The notes under the pieces were generated by a model, which saw only the letters and a program-made list of their open reading frames with translations, was not told the DNA's origin and made no database searches. Positions 9,645 to 18,150 of a stretch of DNA of 64,000 bases are shown one piece after another. The first letter of the stretch is position 1. Each line of letters begins with the position of its first letter. The position numbers and the translations under genes are program-made. This stretch comes from a virus: the IMG/VR virus record IMGVR_UViG_3300048587_000983; one strand, given 5' to 3'.

Positions 9645-9669
9645 GCCTACTTACCGTGGAGTTACCGTG

Positions 9670-10083
9670 ATGAGAAGTTTCTGGGATGGCTTTGAAAAGA
9701 AGGCCAATGCGCTCGCCGCCTTCAAGGGGCTCGCCAAAAGAACGAGGCTGCCCGAGACCGCTGGTCAGGCGGAACGGGTGTTGAACTACGGGGCCATGAA
9801 GGCCGCACCGAAGCCCGCCACCAGGACGCTCGACTACGGGGCCATGAACGCCGAGAGGAGCCACGCAAGGGCCATGAAGGAGCACGATGCCGCCCGGATC
9901 AATTACTCGAGCGGGAAGCCCGTTTTGGAGGCCAAGGGGGCTCCTGTGCAGACCCCCGCTTCCCAGACGGTCGCCCCACCTCCCAGCCCTGATGCTGTGG
10001 CCATGAAGCGCATCCAGAATGCAACCAAGGGGTCAACGCCGATCACCCACTGGAATGATGCCCTAAAGGAGGGGACCCGGTAG
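9670..10083 (+). CDS. FWxGFEK-leader protein (putative internal virion protein)
   Basis: Starts MRSFWDGFEKKA; internal repeat LNYGAM/LDYGAM from 16-bp direct repeats at 9785 and 9833. Confidence 0.7.
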   Translation: MRSFWDGFEKKANALAAFKGLAKRTRLPETAGQAERVLNYGAMKAAPKPATRTLDYGAMNAERSHARAMKEHDAARINYSSGKPVLEAKGAPVQTPASQTVAPPPSPDAVAMKRIQNATKGSTPITHWNDALKEGTR

Positions 10084-10086
10084 GAA

Positions 10087-10371
10087 TTATTCCTTCGAGT
10101 AAGCCTCGATCTCAAAGGGTATCCGGCGATAGGCCTCGTCGTGATTCCGGTAGCGAATGAGGTTTGCGAAATAATCCTTGAGGTAGATCACGTAGAACAT
10201 GAAAATTCCGTGTCGATCCATTTGGGCTTGATGGACGAGCTCGTGACGAATCACCCTTCGCGGGAGCTCGCCCTTTTTATAGCCGGTCAGCATCCACCTT
10301 CCAAGAACCATGGCCGCGTAGTTTTTCATGGGCCAGAATCGGAAAATCCACGAGTTATAGATGATCTTCAT
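10087..10371 (-). CDS. HExxH zincin-like small metallopeptidase (DUF4157-like)
   Basis: RHELVHQAQ and PFEIEAY motifs. Confidence 0.7.
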   Translation of the reverse strand: MKIIYNSWIFRFWPMKNYAAMVLGRWMLTGYKKGELPRRVIRHELVHQAQMDRHGIFMFYVIYLKDYFANLIRYRNHDEAYRRIPFEIEAYSKE

Positions 10372-10562
10372 GGCGTCCCTCCGCGGATCTTATCGGAGGA
10401 AACGGGCGCGGGTAAAGCTTTGGCGCGTTTTGCCGAAAGGGGCGGGGGAGACGGCCAGCTCCATGTACCTCCTTCACTGCAAGCGAAGAGGTCCCCCTGA
10501 AAAGAGCGGCGTTTCCTGGAGGCCGGGGGTTTTTCGGAGCCTCGTAGCACCCGGCCTTTCAA
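10368..10562 (-). CDS. small hypothetical protein
   Basis: Start and stop both overlap the neighbouring genes (TTGA and ATGA coupling). Confidence 0.45.
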   Translation of the reverse strand: MKGRVLRGSEKPPASRKRRSFQGDLFACSEGGTWSWPSPPPLSAKRAKALPAPVSSDKIRGGTP

Positions 10563-10834
10563 TCCCTTCGGCCAGCGCCGGCGACGTTCATGTGAAATTT
10601 AAAGCCATAGCGGGCACAGATCGCCCCACAAAGAATACGCAGCGATTCTATGTTGCGCCCCTTGATGCCTATGACCTTGCCCCGATCCGAGGGCGCGGTA
10701 TCCACCGTGAAGGCGACGGTCTTCTCCGAGCAGATAAACTCAATCGAAACTTCCGACGGGTGGTCCAGAAGCTGCCGAAAAAGGGGAGCTATGACGTCAT
10801 CGTGCAGGTATCGGGACAATGTCCGGGTGTCCAT
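10559..10834 (-). CDS. khpA: KH-domain RNA-binding protein (KhpA/UPF0109-like)
   Basis: 91 aa; DRGKVIGIKGRNIESLRIL with GxxG loop; ATG 10834 chosen over the 11209 start of the ORF track. Confidence 0.85.
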   Translation of the reverse strand: MDTRTLSRYLHDDVIAPLFRQLLDHPSEVSIEFICSEKTVAFTVDTAPSDRGKVIGIKGRNIESLRILCGAICARYGFKFHMNVAGAGRRD

Positions 10835-11651
10835 AGGCAATCGCTCCAATGGTGACGGTGAATCCGGCGGCGCTATGGTGCCCGCCTCCACCGAAGGCTT
10901 CGGCGATAGCGGCGACGTTAAACCCCTTTTCGGAGCGAAGGGAATAAGTTCGCAGCCACGTCCTGTCAGCCGTCTCCGTATCGTAGTAGACCACCGAAAA
11001 ATCGCTGTCAGGAAACTTTTCGAGAAGGGCATGACCGATCTCCGACCGGTATAGCGGGCTGTTGACTGCCGGAACTCTATGACCTTTGATTTCAAGATGG
11101 CCGCTCCTTTCGGTGAGAAACCGCACGCTCTCGTTGACGACAGACAACTGGATTGCGCCGATCTCTGAGAGTGTGGAGGTGTCGTGCATGTTCCGCTTCC
11201 AGACCTCAAAGTCCTCAGAGATTGACCGGAGCGCTGTGGTTATCTCCCGCGTCTCAAACATCTGAAACTTCCAGAGGTCTCTGTCCTGGATATGACGCAG
11301 GAGCTTTGGCGTATGCCTGCCAGGGTGAAAGTATTCCCAGGCCATGACCGCGCCGGACTTGTCGGGGTTGAAGTGGCAAAAGTCGAGCCCTTCCAAGTCC
11401 GCTTTGGCCGTCTTATGGTGGTCGAGCACCGTAATCTTGAGCCGCGTCACCTCGCGTAGAAGAATGTCACGCTTGAAGCTGAAGTCGAGAACAAAGACCT
11501 CATCCCCGGTCTCACACATATCAAAAGGCGCATCGCCTTCATCGTAGCGACAGGCCCTGTACATGGCGCCATAACCGAACTTTTCCCAGGCCGCGTAGGC
11601 AGCCCCATAGCCATCGAGACAGTCGGCGTGATAAAAAATCCATGTTGTCAT
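10797..11651 (-). CDS. DHH/DHHA1 family phosphoesterase
   Basis: YHADCLDG, LDFSF, LDHH, IQDRDLW, GGGGHHSAAGF. Confidence 0.92.
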   Translation of the reverse strand: MTTWIFYHADCLDGYGAAYAAWEKFGYGAMYRACRYDEGDAPFDMCETGDEVFVLDFSFKRDILLREVTRLKITVLDHHKTAKADLEGLDFCHFNPDKSGAVMAWEYFHPGRHTPKLLRHIQDRDLWKFQMFETREITTALRSISEDFEVWKRNMHDTSTLSEIGAIQLSVVNESVRFLTERSGHLEIKGHRVPAVNSPLYRSEIGHALLEKFPDSDFSVVYYDTETADRTWLRTYSLRSEKGFNVAAIAEAFGGGGHHSAAGFTVTIGAIAYGHPDIVPIPAR

Positions 11652-11893
11652 TCGACTTCATCCTCATCATCCTTGCGGCGTGTGACCACCCAGTGTGTGG
11701 TAACCTCGGCCCTCAGGGTGTAGCCCGTTTTTTTGCCCGTGGCCTTTTCGAGGACTGTGACCTCGAACTCATCGTCGTCCATCGCGTCGTCAGTGAGAAC
11801 GGTCTCCGCGTAACGGCTCGCCGCACCGTAGGCTGTGCCCGCCTGTATCGTCCGCGACTCAAGACCCTCGCCTGATACAATAAATTCAGCCAT
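11648..11893 (-). CDS. acidic hypothetical protein
   Basis: 81-aa ORF coupled to the DHH gene (ATGA overlap). Confidence 0.6.
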   Translation of the reverse strand: MAEFIVSGEGLESRTIQAGTAYGAASRYAETVLTDDAMDDDEFEVTVLEKATGKKTGYTLRAEVTTHWVVTRRKDDEDEVE

Positions 11894-11895
11894 GT

Positions 11896-12225
11896 CTACC
11901 CTTTTGCGTCTGGTTTTTTGGAATTGTAGTCGAGAAGGCCGCGCGCGACAACAAAGAGAAAGTAGCCCAAAAACCCGGCTGTCACAGTTTTCATGGCGGG
12001 TTTCGCCAGCGTGATAACAAGGAGCGCCGTAACAAAGCCGAAGAACGCGCCCTCGACAAAGGCGTTAAGAGTGCGGTCGCGCTCCTTCAGCCTGTAGGCC
12101 TTTTTTGAGACCCGAATGATCCGCTCCTTTTTGGCTTTCGCTTCAGCGGAGCGTGCAAAAACGCTGGAAATGGAGGTGAACCTCCGCACGGGCGTCGAGC
12201 GTGTCACTGGCCCAAAGGATCTCAT
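11896..12225 (-). CDS. membrane protein
   Basis: Two hydrophobic segments in the C-terminal half; ATG 12225 overlaps the upstream stop. Confidence 0.6.
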   Translation of the reverse strand: MRSFGPVTRSTPVRRFTSISSVFARSAEAKAKKERIIRVSKKAYRLKERDRTLNAFVEGAFFGFVTALLVITLAKPAMKTVTAGFLGYFLFVVARGLLDYNSKKPDAKG

Positions 12226-12461
12226 TCCTCTTTCTCCCTCGCACCACCAGCCTTCTTGAGGTGGACAGTGACCTCCAATGTCTCCGGGCAGACCTCCACC
12301 CAGTCGACTTCCAGGTCTTTCACCGGCAGACCGTCGAGCGTATTTTCCGTCGCCCCGCATAGCCAATCGCGGACCTCGTCATTCAGCTCTCCAACAAGAC
12401 CCCCCAGGCGTTCGGCGATAGCCTCCGCCACTTTTTTTACCAAATCCTCATCGGCACTCAT
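12222..12461 (-). CDS. hypothetical protein
   Basis: 79-aa acidic ORF in a coupled run. Confidence 0.55.
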   Translation of the reverse strand: MSADEDLVKKVAEAIAERLGGLVGELNDEVRDWLCGATENTLDGLPVKDLEVDWVEVCPETLEVTVHLKKAGGAREKEE

Positions 12462-12900
12462 CGCCACTTCCTTTGTCCGAAGGGGAAACGACCGGCACGG
12501 CAAACGTGACGAGAATCTCATCCTTCTGCGCATCCACGGTTTCTATTCGGTAGTCCTTGCTGAAACCTGCGAGGGTCTTCTTTAAGCGCCCTAAAAAGTC
12601 CCCCATGTCTGTGCGCCTCTCGGCTGGTGCCTCCAGCGGGGGAGACAGGCCAAGCGTGGAGTATTCGTAGGCTTTAAGGTGCAAAGGATCGAAACTATGA
12701 ATGCCTTTTTTGCTTCTGTGGATCACTATGGTGTCGAGCGGCGAATAGCATGGTTCGGAAGGATCAATCTTTCTAATTTTACGAAACCTGTAGGCCTCCC
12801 ACAGTCCGGTGGAGCAGTTGGCCCAGCCCCCGCTTTCCAGAATAAACTCCGCAAAACGCTCGGCCGCCTCCTTGCTGATCTGCACAAAGCCCATTAGCAA
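12448..12900 (-). CDS. hypothetical protein
   Basis: 150-aa ORF in a coupled run. Confidence 0.6.
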   Translation of the reverse strand: MLMGFVQISKEAAERFAEFILESGGWANCSTGLWEAYRFRKIRKIDPSEPCYSPLDTIVIHRSKKGIHSFDPLHLKAYEYSTLGLSPPLEAPAERRTDMGDFLGRLKKTLAGFSKDYRIETVDAQKDEILVTFAVPVVSPSDKGSGDECR

Positions 12901-13199
12901 GGACCCCCCTTGTAGCGCACATGAAACGCAAAAGCCGACCAGGCGTCAAAGAGTGGTCGAAACTCGTTGCGGATCGTGCAGCTCCCGTCATCCTCCTTTT
13001 GGACAACAAGGTCCATCCGGGGAATACCGGCCTTGTTCTCAGGATTCATGACGCGAATCAGTCGATGAATGATGGGGTCCTCGACCGGACTCGACGCTGC
13101 CCAGCCTCCAAGGGCCACGAGCCATGCGCAGAAAAGATCGGCGCTTTGCCGTTCGGTGAAGAAGACGGGTTCAGCCAGCTGCATTTTTTCGCTCCACAA
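12894..13199 (-). CDS. hypothetical protein
   Basis: 101-aa ORF in a coupled run. Confidence 0.55.
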   Translation of the reverse strand: MWSEKMQLAEPVFFTERQSADLFCAWLVALGGWAASSPVEDPIIHRLIRVMNPENKAGIPRMDLVVQKEDDGSCTIRNEFRPLFDAWSAFAFHVRYKGGPC

Positions 13200-13467
13200 T
13201 ATGACTTCTTATGTCAAGGCCGCAAAAGGGGCAGAAGTTGGCGACGATGCCCTTTTTCTGAAACTCCCCGAGCTTGATTCGGATAAAAGACATCGACATC
13301 TCACCCGTCTGAAGGTTCATATATGTATCGAGGAAAAACCCTTTCCCCCTGGGTGAGCCTGGAGCCTGTTCCACGATTCGGCTGAGGCCCGCGCACGGCC
13401 TTAAAAAGCTGCCTTCTATTTTGCAGGGGTAGTGCCCCTTCAGATCCTCGACTATGACTTTTGCCAT
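13171..13467 (-). CDS. zinc-ribbon hypothetical protein
   Basis: C..C and NFCPFCG motif typical of small phage proteins. Confidence 0.6.
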   Translation of the reverse strand: MAKVIVEDLKGHYPCKIEGSFLRPCAGLSRIVEQAPGSPRGKGFFLDTYMNLQTGEMSMSFIRIKLGEFQKKGIVANFCPFCGLDIRSHIVERKNAAG

Positions 13468-13772
13468 TTTTTTCGATGCTCCCTTAGGGCTAGTTCCCTT
13501 GCCGCCTCTTCAATTCGTGCTGGTATCTGGAGTGCCTTTAATGGTTGAAACAGCTCCTCACGCAAAAGTCTACTCTTTTGCGCAGAGAGCCTCAGCTCCT
13601 CGCCAGCGCGCGGCAGCGCAATACCTTCGGGAGTCCTTGCCTGACAGATTTTTTGCTCATATTCCTCAAGCTGGTCATAATAGGACAGCCAGGCCTGAAA
13701 AGCTTTTTTAAAATTCGGGTCCGGTCGGTTGCATACACCTAAATGCCGTCCTCCAGCCATTTCCTCTTTCAT
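13452..13772 (-). CDS. hypothetical protein
   Basis: Helical charged ORF; start moved to ATG 13772 to avoid overlap with the divergent gene. Confidence 0.5.
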   Translation of the reverse strand: MKEEMAGGRHLGVCNRPDPNFKKAFQAWLSYYDQLEEYEQKICQARTPEGIALPRAGEELRLSAQKSRLLREELFQPLKALQIPARIEEAARELALREHRKKWQKS

Positions 13773-13889
13773 GTCCTCACTCTCCCTCTGCAGATTTCTT
13801 CCCCAATTCTTACCAAATTTGACCAACATGCAGACACTCCTAATTGGGCCCCCGTCAGCCGATACCTCGTGATCATCAGAGGAGGGCGT

Positions 13890-14609
13890 ATGCTCGATAT
13901 CATCATCTCGATCCAAAGCGAAGACATCACCAATGCCCAGGCGAAACGGGTGGTTTCAGCCCTCAATACGCAGCTGAAGGACCATTTCGGGCCTGCCTGG
14001 CACATTGTTGCCAAAAGCCGCCTCGTCATGGGCCCCGTGGACCCCTTGGCAACGCCCGCCGGCGCCGTGCTCGTCGTGGCCGATGAAGCGCACATCGAGG
14101 GGGCTCTCGGTTATCATGATCGGATAGTGGAAACCGGGCTCCCAATTGGCTTTGTTTTCGAGGATATATGTCGCGAACTGGGCGAACCCTGGTCGGTGAC
14201 TTTGAGCCACGAGCTTTTGGAGCTCTGCCTGAACTCGATGATCAACGACTATTGCGTGGGGCCGCACCCAACGGACAGGAAAAGAAACGTCTGGCACTGG
14301 AAGGAAGCCTGCGACGCCGTGCAGGACCAGACCTATACCATCCGTAATGTTGAGGTCTCCGACTTTGTTCTGCCTCATTTTTTTACGCCGGAGCGGGAAA
14401 ATAACGAGAAAGTAAATTTTCTCGAAACCTCTGGGCTTCGTAGCTTTGACGTCACCGCCGGAGGCTACCTTGGCTTCTTCGATCCAAAGATAGGCCGTGA
14501 GACGACCTACTTCAAATCCGAAATCGGAAAAAAGCGCTCCGCCATCAAGCAAAAGATGAAGCAGCTTCGTAGAAAGGAAAAGGTTGCCAGTCTTTTGAAG
14601 AAGATCTAG
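13890..14609 (+). CDS. putative zinc metallopeptidase-like protein
   Basis: GALGYH, WSVTLSHELLE, EACDAV, VSDFVLP motif set; SD GGAGGG before ATG 13890. Confidence 0.7.
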   Translation: MLDIIISIQSEDITNAQAKRVVSALNTQLKDHFGPAWHIVAKSRLVMGPVDPLATPAGAVLVVADEAHIEGALGYHDRIVETGLPIGFVFEDICRELGEPWSVTLSHELLELCLNSMINDYCVGPHPTDRKRNVWHWKEACDAVQDQTYTIRNVEVSDFVLPHFFTPERENNEKVNFLETSGLRSFDVTAGGYLGFFDPKIGRETTYFKSEIGKKRSAIKQKMKQLRRKEKVASLLKKI

Positions 14610-14956
14610 TCCGCTGCGTCGAGCGGCAGATGGTCGGCTGGACCGGGAAGCCTGCGAAGGATCTCAAAAGTCACAACGCAGCGATCAACGTCGTCGTCAC
14701 AGTCGGAGATGAGCGTGCACGAGGGCTGGGTCCGGTCGATTGTTCTGCACCGCACGAGTCTTGAATCGTCAAGGACAATGTTCATGTAGACCCCGGAGAG
14801 AGGCGGTCGTGGCGAGCTTTCCGGCGGTTTTCTCGTGATAAAAAACTCGGCGAGATAAAGAAAACCCGTTATCGCGCAGATCAGGACCGCCGCCTTGAAG
14901 AGGGGGATGGTTGCAGATATGAGGGCTTCAAAGGCTGCCGGCGCAGCTTCACGCAT
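14606..14956 (-). CDS. membrane protein
   Basis: N-terminal hydrophobic helix, Cys-containing C-terminal domain; start uncertain. Confidence 0.45.
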   Translation of the reverse strand: MREAAPAAFEALISATIPLFKAAVLICAITGFLYLAEFFITRKPPESSPRPPLSGVYMNIVLDDSRLVRCRTIDRTQPSCTLISDCDDDVDRCVVTFEILRRLPGPADHLPLDAAD

Positions 14957-14972
14957 CCAGGAGAAAAGTGTG

Positions 14973-15437
14973 ATGAGTCTTTTCAAAATAAGCACTCCGT
15001 TTCTTGTCCGGGTCACGATTGCTCTGGTGCTTGTCATTGTCAGCGCCATAGCCCTCGGCTCGGATTTTACTGATGTGGAATACCTAAAAAATTACGACGG
15101 CGACACGCTTACGGTCAATATCAAGGATTTGCCGGACGTCTTCGGCAAGGAGATTCCCGTGAGGATTCGCGGCGTTGACACGCCCGAGATGAATGCCTCA
15201 AGAAACTGTGAGCGCAAGGCCGCGGACGACGCCCGCCGCTTCCTTAGGCGCGCCCTCTCGGGCACCAAAATAAGGCTGCTCGGGTGCGAGAGGGACAAGT
15301 ATTTCAGACTCCTCTGCACCGTAAAAGCAGGTGAGGTGGATATAGGGGAGAGAATTCTCAAAGGAAGGTGGGGTATAGCATACGATGGGGGGACCAAGGC
15401 CGACTGGTACTGTGGCAACCCCGAAAAGCAGGACTAG
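14973..15437 (+). CDS. thermonuclease (SNase/micrococcal nuclease family) with N-terminal signal/TM
   Basis: YDGDT, VRIRGVDTPE, RDKYFRLL; SD AGGAG. Confidence 0.92.
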   Translation: MSLFKISTPFLVRVTIALVLVIVSAIALGSDFTDVEYLKNYDGDTLTVNIKDLPDVFGKEIPVRIRGVDTPEMNASRNCERKAADDARRFLRRALSGTKIRLLGCERDKYFRLLCTVKAGEVDIGERILKGRWGIAYDGGTKADWYCGNPEKQD

Positions 15438-15498
15438 ATTATAACCCGTCCTGCCGCGTAACTGTAAAAGGTTACGCATAAATCAGAATCGGCAGGTT

Positions 15499-15933
15499 TC
15501 ACACCGAGCGCCTCCCCTTGTCAAAGCCAGAGAACTCGGGCAGTGGCCAGCCTTCAAGGCAATGCCAAAGATGAAGGCAGTAGCTATGGATGTTCACAAA
15601 ACGGTCCTCGGGCGGAAAGACCATGGCCGCATACTTGTCTTTTCCAATGAACCTCTCTTTGACGAGCTTGATTTCATCGTAGCTCGGAAGCCTCTTCTGG
15701 TGGGCCAGCGAAACGTGAAGCCAGGGTTTCATGTCCTCTTCAATGCAGACCGAGGAGATGACGGTGAGAGGGTAGAGGTAGTGCTGCCAGCGGAGCCCAT
15801 CGATGCGCCGCCCGGTTTCCTGAAAAACCCCCTGAAGGCCGCTCGTGTGAGCGATGACTATGTCGAGCGCGTTAATGGGAATCGCCCTCATTGTTGTCAC
15901 GTTGCTCATGTCGTGCGGCAGTTCTGTTTCCAT
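15499..15933 (-). CDS. conserved phage protein (DUF7694-like)
   Basis: WLHVSL..RLPSYDEI..VKERF..FPP..FVNIHSYCLHLW pattern. Confidence 0.7.
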   Translation of the reverse strand: METELPHDMSNVTTMRAIPINALDIVIAHTSGLQGVFQETGRRIDGLRWQHYLYPLTVISSVCIEEDMKPWLHVSLAHQKRLPSYDEIKLVKERFIGKDKYAAMVFPPEDRFVNIHSYCLHLWHCLEGWPLPEFSGFDKGRRSV

Positions 15934-16123
15934 GGACTTTAACCTTTCCTTTAGAAGAGTCAGCTCGGACCTGTTTTTCGAGCATTGTAATCATTTCGTC
16001 GAGCATTACAAGATCGGGGTCCTCCGCCTTCGGTGCTTCCGGTTTTGAGGGAGTGGGCAGGGGCCTTTCATCGGCACAGGCCGTCAAAGCACAAAAGGCG
16101 GGAACCAGCAAAAAAGCTCGCAC
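15872..16123 (-). CDS. putative lipoprotein
   Basis: Signal peptide with lipobox LTAC. Confidence 0.55.
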   Translation of the reverse strand: MRAFLLVPAFCALTACADERPLPTPSKPEAPKAEDPDLVMLDEMITMLEKQVRADSSKGKVKVHGNRTAARHEQRDNNEGDSH

Positions 16124-16140
16124 GCGGTATTTACCTCGTT

Positions 16141-16176
16141 AAAAAAAAAGAAGGCCTGGGGTTTCCCCCAAGCCTA
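16141..16176 (-). terminator. rho-independent terminator
   Basis: AGGCTTGGGG-GAAA-CCCCAGGCCT hairpin followed by TCT9 on the - strand. Confidence 0.85.
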
Positions 16177-16209
16177 ATGAACGAGGCCTCGCTACGCAAC
16201 AGTTATCCG

Positions 16210-16566
16210 TTATGGAGCTGTGCGCACGATATTCTTGATGACCATTTTCCCTGCCACATGCATGAGCTCAAAGCTCTCGACGCCACGCGACATGCTCTCA
16301 AGGATGAAAGGAGGGGTGAGGCCGTTGGCCGGGTCGGTCGGCTGCGAGCGCAAAGAAAAGGTGCCGGCCCCTGTGCCAGGATAATCCTTGCCAGGACCCT
16401 CCGTGGAGCCTCCGCCCCACTTGATGCACTCCGTTTCCCATGCGATGCAGGTGCCGTACTCATCCTTTTCGGTGCAGCGGTATTTCCACTGCAGACAATG
16501 CCCCGGGCCTTGAGCCAGTGCGTTACCAGCCAGAAGGGCTGCTGCGACTGAGATCAAAAACTTCAT
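16210..16566 (-). CDS. secreted Cys-containing protein
   Basis: Signal peptide MKFLISVAAALLAGNALA; 4 Cys in the mature N-terminus. Confidence 0.7.
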   Translation of the reverse strand: MKFLISVAAALLAGNALAQGPGHCLQWKYRCTEKDEYGTCIAWETECIKWGGGSTEGPGKDYPGTGAGTFSLRSQPTDPANGLTPPFILESMSRGVESFELMHVAGKMVIKNIVRTAP

Positions 16567-16569
16567 ACG

Positions 16570-17124
16570 TTATCTCCTTAGTGAACTCCGGACACCCTGT
16601 CCAGAGGAATTCGATTTGTTCTCAGGATAGGCTAGCCAGGCTATCCCGAAGGTGTAGGCGACGAGCCATAGTCCAAAGCTCAAGGCTGCAGGCTGCTGAC
16701 CTCGCTCAAAGGTCGCCTGAAGCGAGAGAAGGCCCGTGCGCGTCCAGCCGGCAATCTCGGGATCGCTCACGTTAGCCGGATTCACGACCATGAGCTTGAA
16801 CTGAAGGACCCACCAGCACGTCAGTACAAGGCAGATTGTTGCGAGAAACATCGCCATGCGGAGCCACGGCCTTTCGGTCACAACAAGGTTTCTGAATGCC
16901 ACCGAAAAGGCTATGCCTGCTGAGAATTTGAAGCCGAGGATGGGCGCCACGATTGGCGAGACAGACCCCTTTTGAAGAATCTCAACCCCGTTCATGGTCA
17001 GCCTGGGCGGAAGGCCGGGCTGAAGTCTGAGGATGGCATCCATCAGATGAGAGGCATTGAGCCACACCATCGAAACGGCGAGCGTAAGCAGGGCCCAAAG
17101 AGCAAGCGAGCTTTTATCTTTCAT
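16570..17124 (-). CDS. multi-pass membrane protein
   Basis: About 4 hydrophobic helices; ATGA overlap with the upstream DUF6973-like gene. Confidence 0.7.
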   Translation of the reverse strand: MKDKSSLALWALLTLAVSMVWLNASHLMDAILRLQPGLPPRLTMNGVEILQKGSVSPIVAPILGFKFSAGIAFSVAFRNLVVTERPWLRMAMFLATICLVLTCWWVLQFKLMVVNPANVSDPEIAGWTRTGLLSLQATFERGQQPAALSFGLWLVAYTFGIAWLAYPENKSNSSGQGVRSSLRR

Positions 17125-17789
17125 AATTTCCTTCCATCATTGTTTGACGGCTTGTGCTCTGCGCCGACAATCCGCGTAAGCCGGCCGACCTGAGTGGCAG
17201 CGAGACAGCCCGATTTTGAACGATCGTTGGTCTGATAGGCCATTCCAATTTGCTGGCCGTTGAGATTATTGCGAAGATCCATAAGTTTTTCCATGGGGGG
17301 ATTTCCCGGGTATTCCTCGTGAGCCTTGGTCCAGCTGTGAGTCCAGCTTCTCTCGATGTTGATCGTCATAAGAGCGTTCCAATAGCAGTGGCGGAAGGCG
17401 TCGGCATTGCCGTTATGAAAGCCGCTTGTCCAGTTGTCTTCGGTGGCGAGGGAGGCCGTGTAGCCGTAGCGAATGGCCATCACGCCACGCGAAGGGCTCT
17501 CGTTGAAGAGCCTTCTCTCGTCGGCGGTGAGGTTCAACCGGCCTTTGATGAACTCGATATCGGAGGCGTTGAGCGCATCAATAATCGAGGCGTAGTCGTA
17601 ATCGTCAGCGTTTTCTGTCCGGCTTTGAACCGAGAAGAAAAGGTCGTGGTCAATTTCCTCCCAGCTCTTCTCCGGGTGAGCCTCACGGTAGGACTCGACA
17701 TACTCTATGAGATCGTCCATACCATCGGCAAAAGCGTTTGGGGCGAGTGGTGCAAGGAAAGCCGCTGCCAGAAATCCGAAAACCTTCAT
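17121..17789 (-). CDS. secreted DUF6973-like protein
   Basis: Signal peptide MKVFGFLAAAFLAPLAPNAFA; NADAFRHCYWNA..AHE..MDLRNN motif. Confidence 0.75.
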   Translation of the reverse strand: MKVFGFLAAAFLAPLAPNAFADGMDDLIEYVESYREAHPEKSWEEIDHDLFFSVQSRTENADDYDYASIIDALNASDIEFIKGRLNLTADERRLFNESPSRGVMAIRYGYTASLATEDNWTSGFHNGNADAFRHCYWNALMTINIERSWTHSWTKAHEEYPGNPPMEKLMDLRNNLNGQQIGMAYQTNDRSKSGCLAATQVGRLTRIVGAEHKPSNNDGRKL

Positions 17790-17886
17790 GAAAATTCCTT
17801 TGTGAAGGGTGAATGAAAAATAGCGTCCTACGGGGTTTTCCGTAAGACGCCATGTTATTTCCATCGAGAGAATGATGGGAGTGAAT

Positions 17887-18150
17887 CTAATTGTCAGGCC
17901 GAGAAAGATTGGCCGCCGTGGGCGGTTTTTCACCTCTTTCGGCTATCCGTCGCTGGCGATTGTACTTGATGCGCAGACAGATCCCCAAGGGAAGAAAGAT
18001 GGTGACCCCGGCTGCGTCGATCGCTGCCATGAACCACTGTCCAAAGAAAACGTCGATGGCGAGGAACATTCCAAAAGCGGCGGCGAGGGAAAGGCAGAAC
18101 GTGCCAGAATCCCCGGCCCATATAAAGAGGCTTTTCAACCATTCAGCCAT
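17887..18150 (-). CDS. small membrane protein
   Basis: Two TM segments plus basic tail. Confidence 0.55.
   Translation of the reverse strand: MAEWLKSLFIWAGDSGTFCLSLAAAFGMFLAIDVFFGQWFMAAIDAAGVTIFLPLGICLRIKYNRQRRIAERGEKPPTAANLSRPDN

Noticed and set aside
9645-9669. TTACCGTG(G) upstream of 9670 (twice) and upstream of 55567 as a late promoter
   Set aside because: Too short, also found inside coding regions, and not seen before other structural genes.
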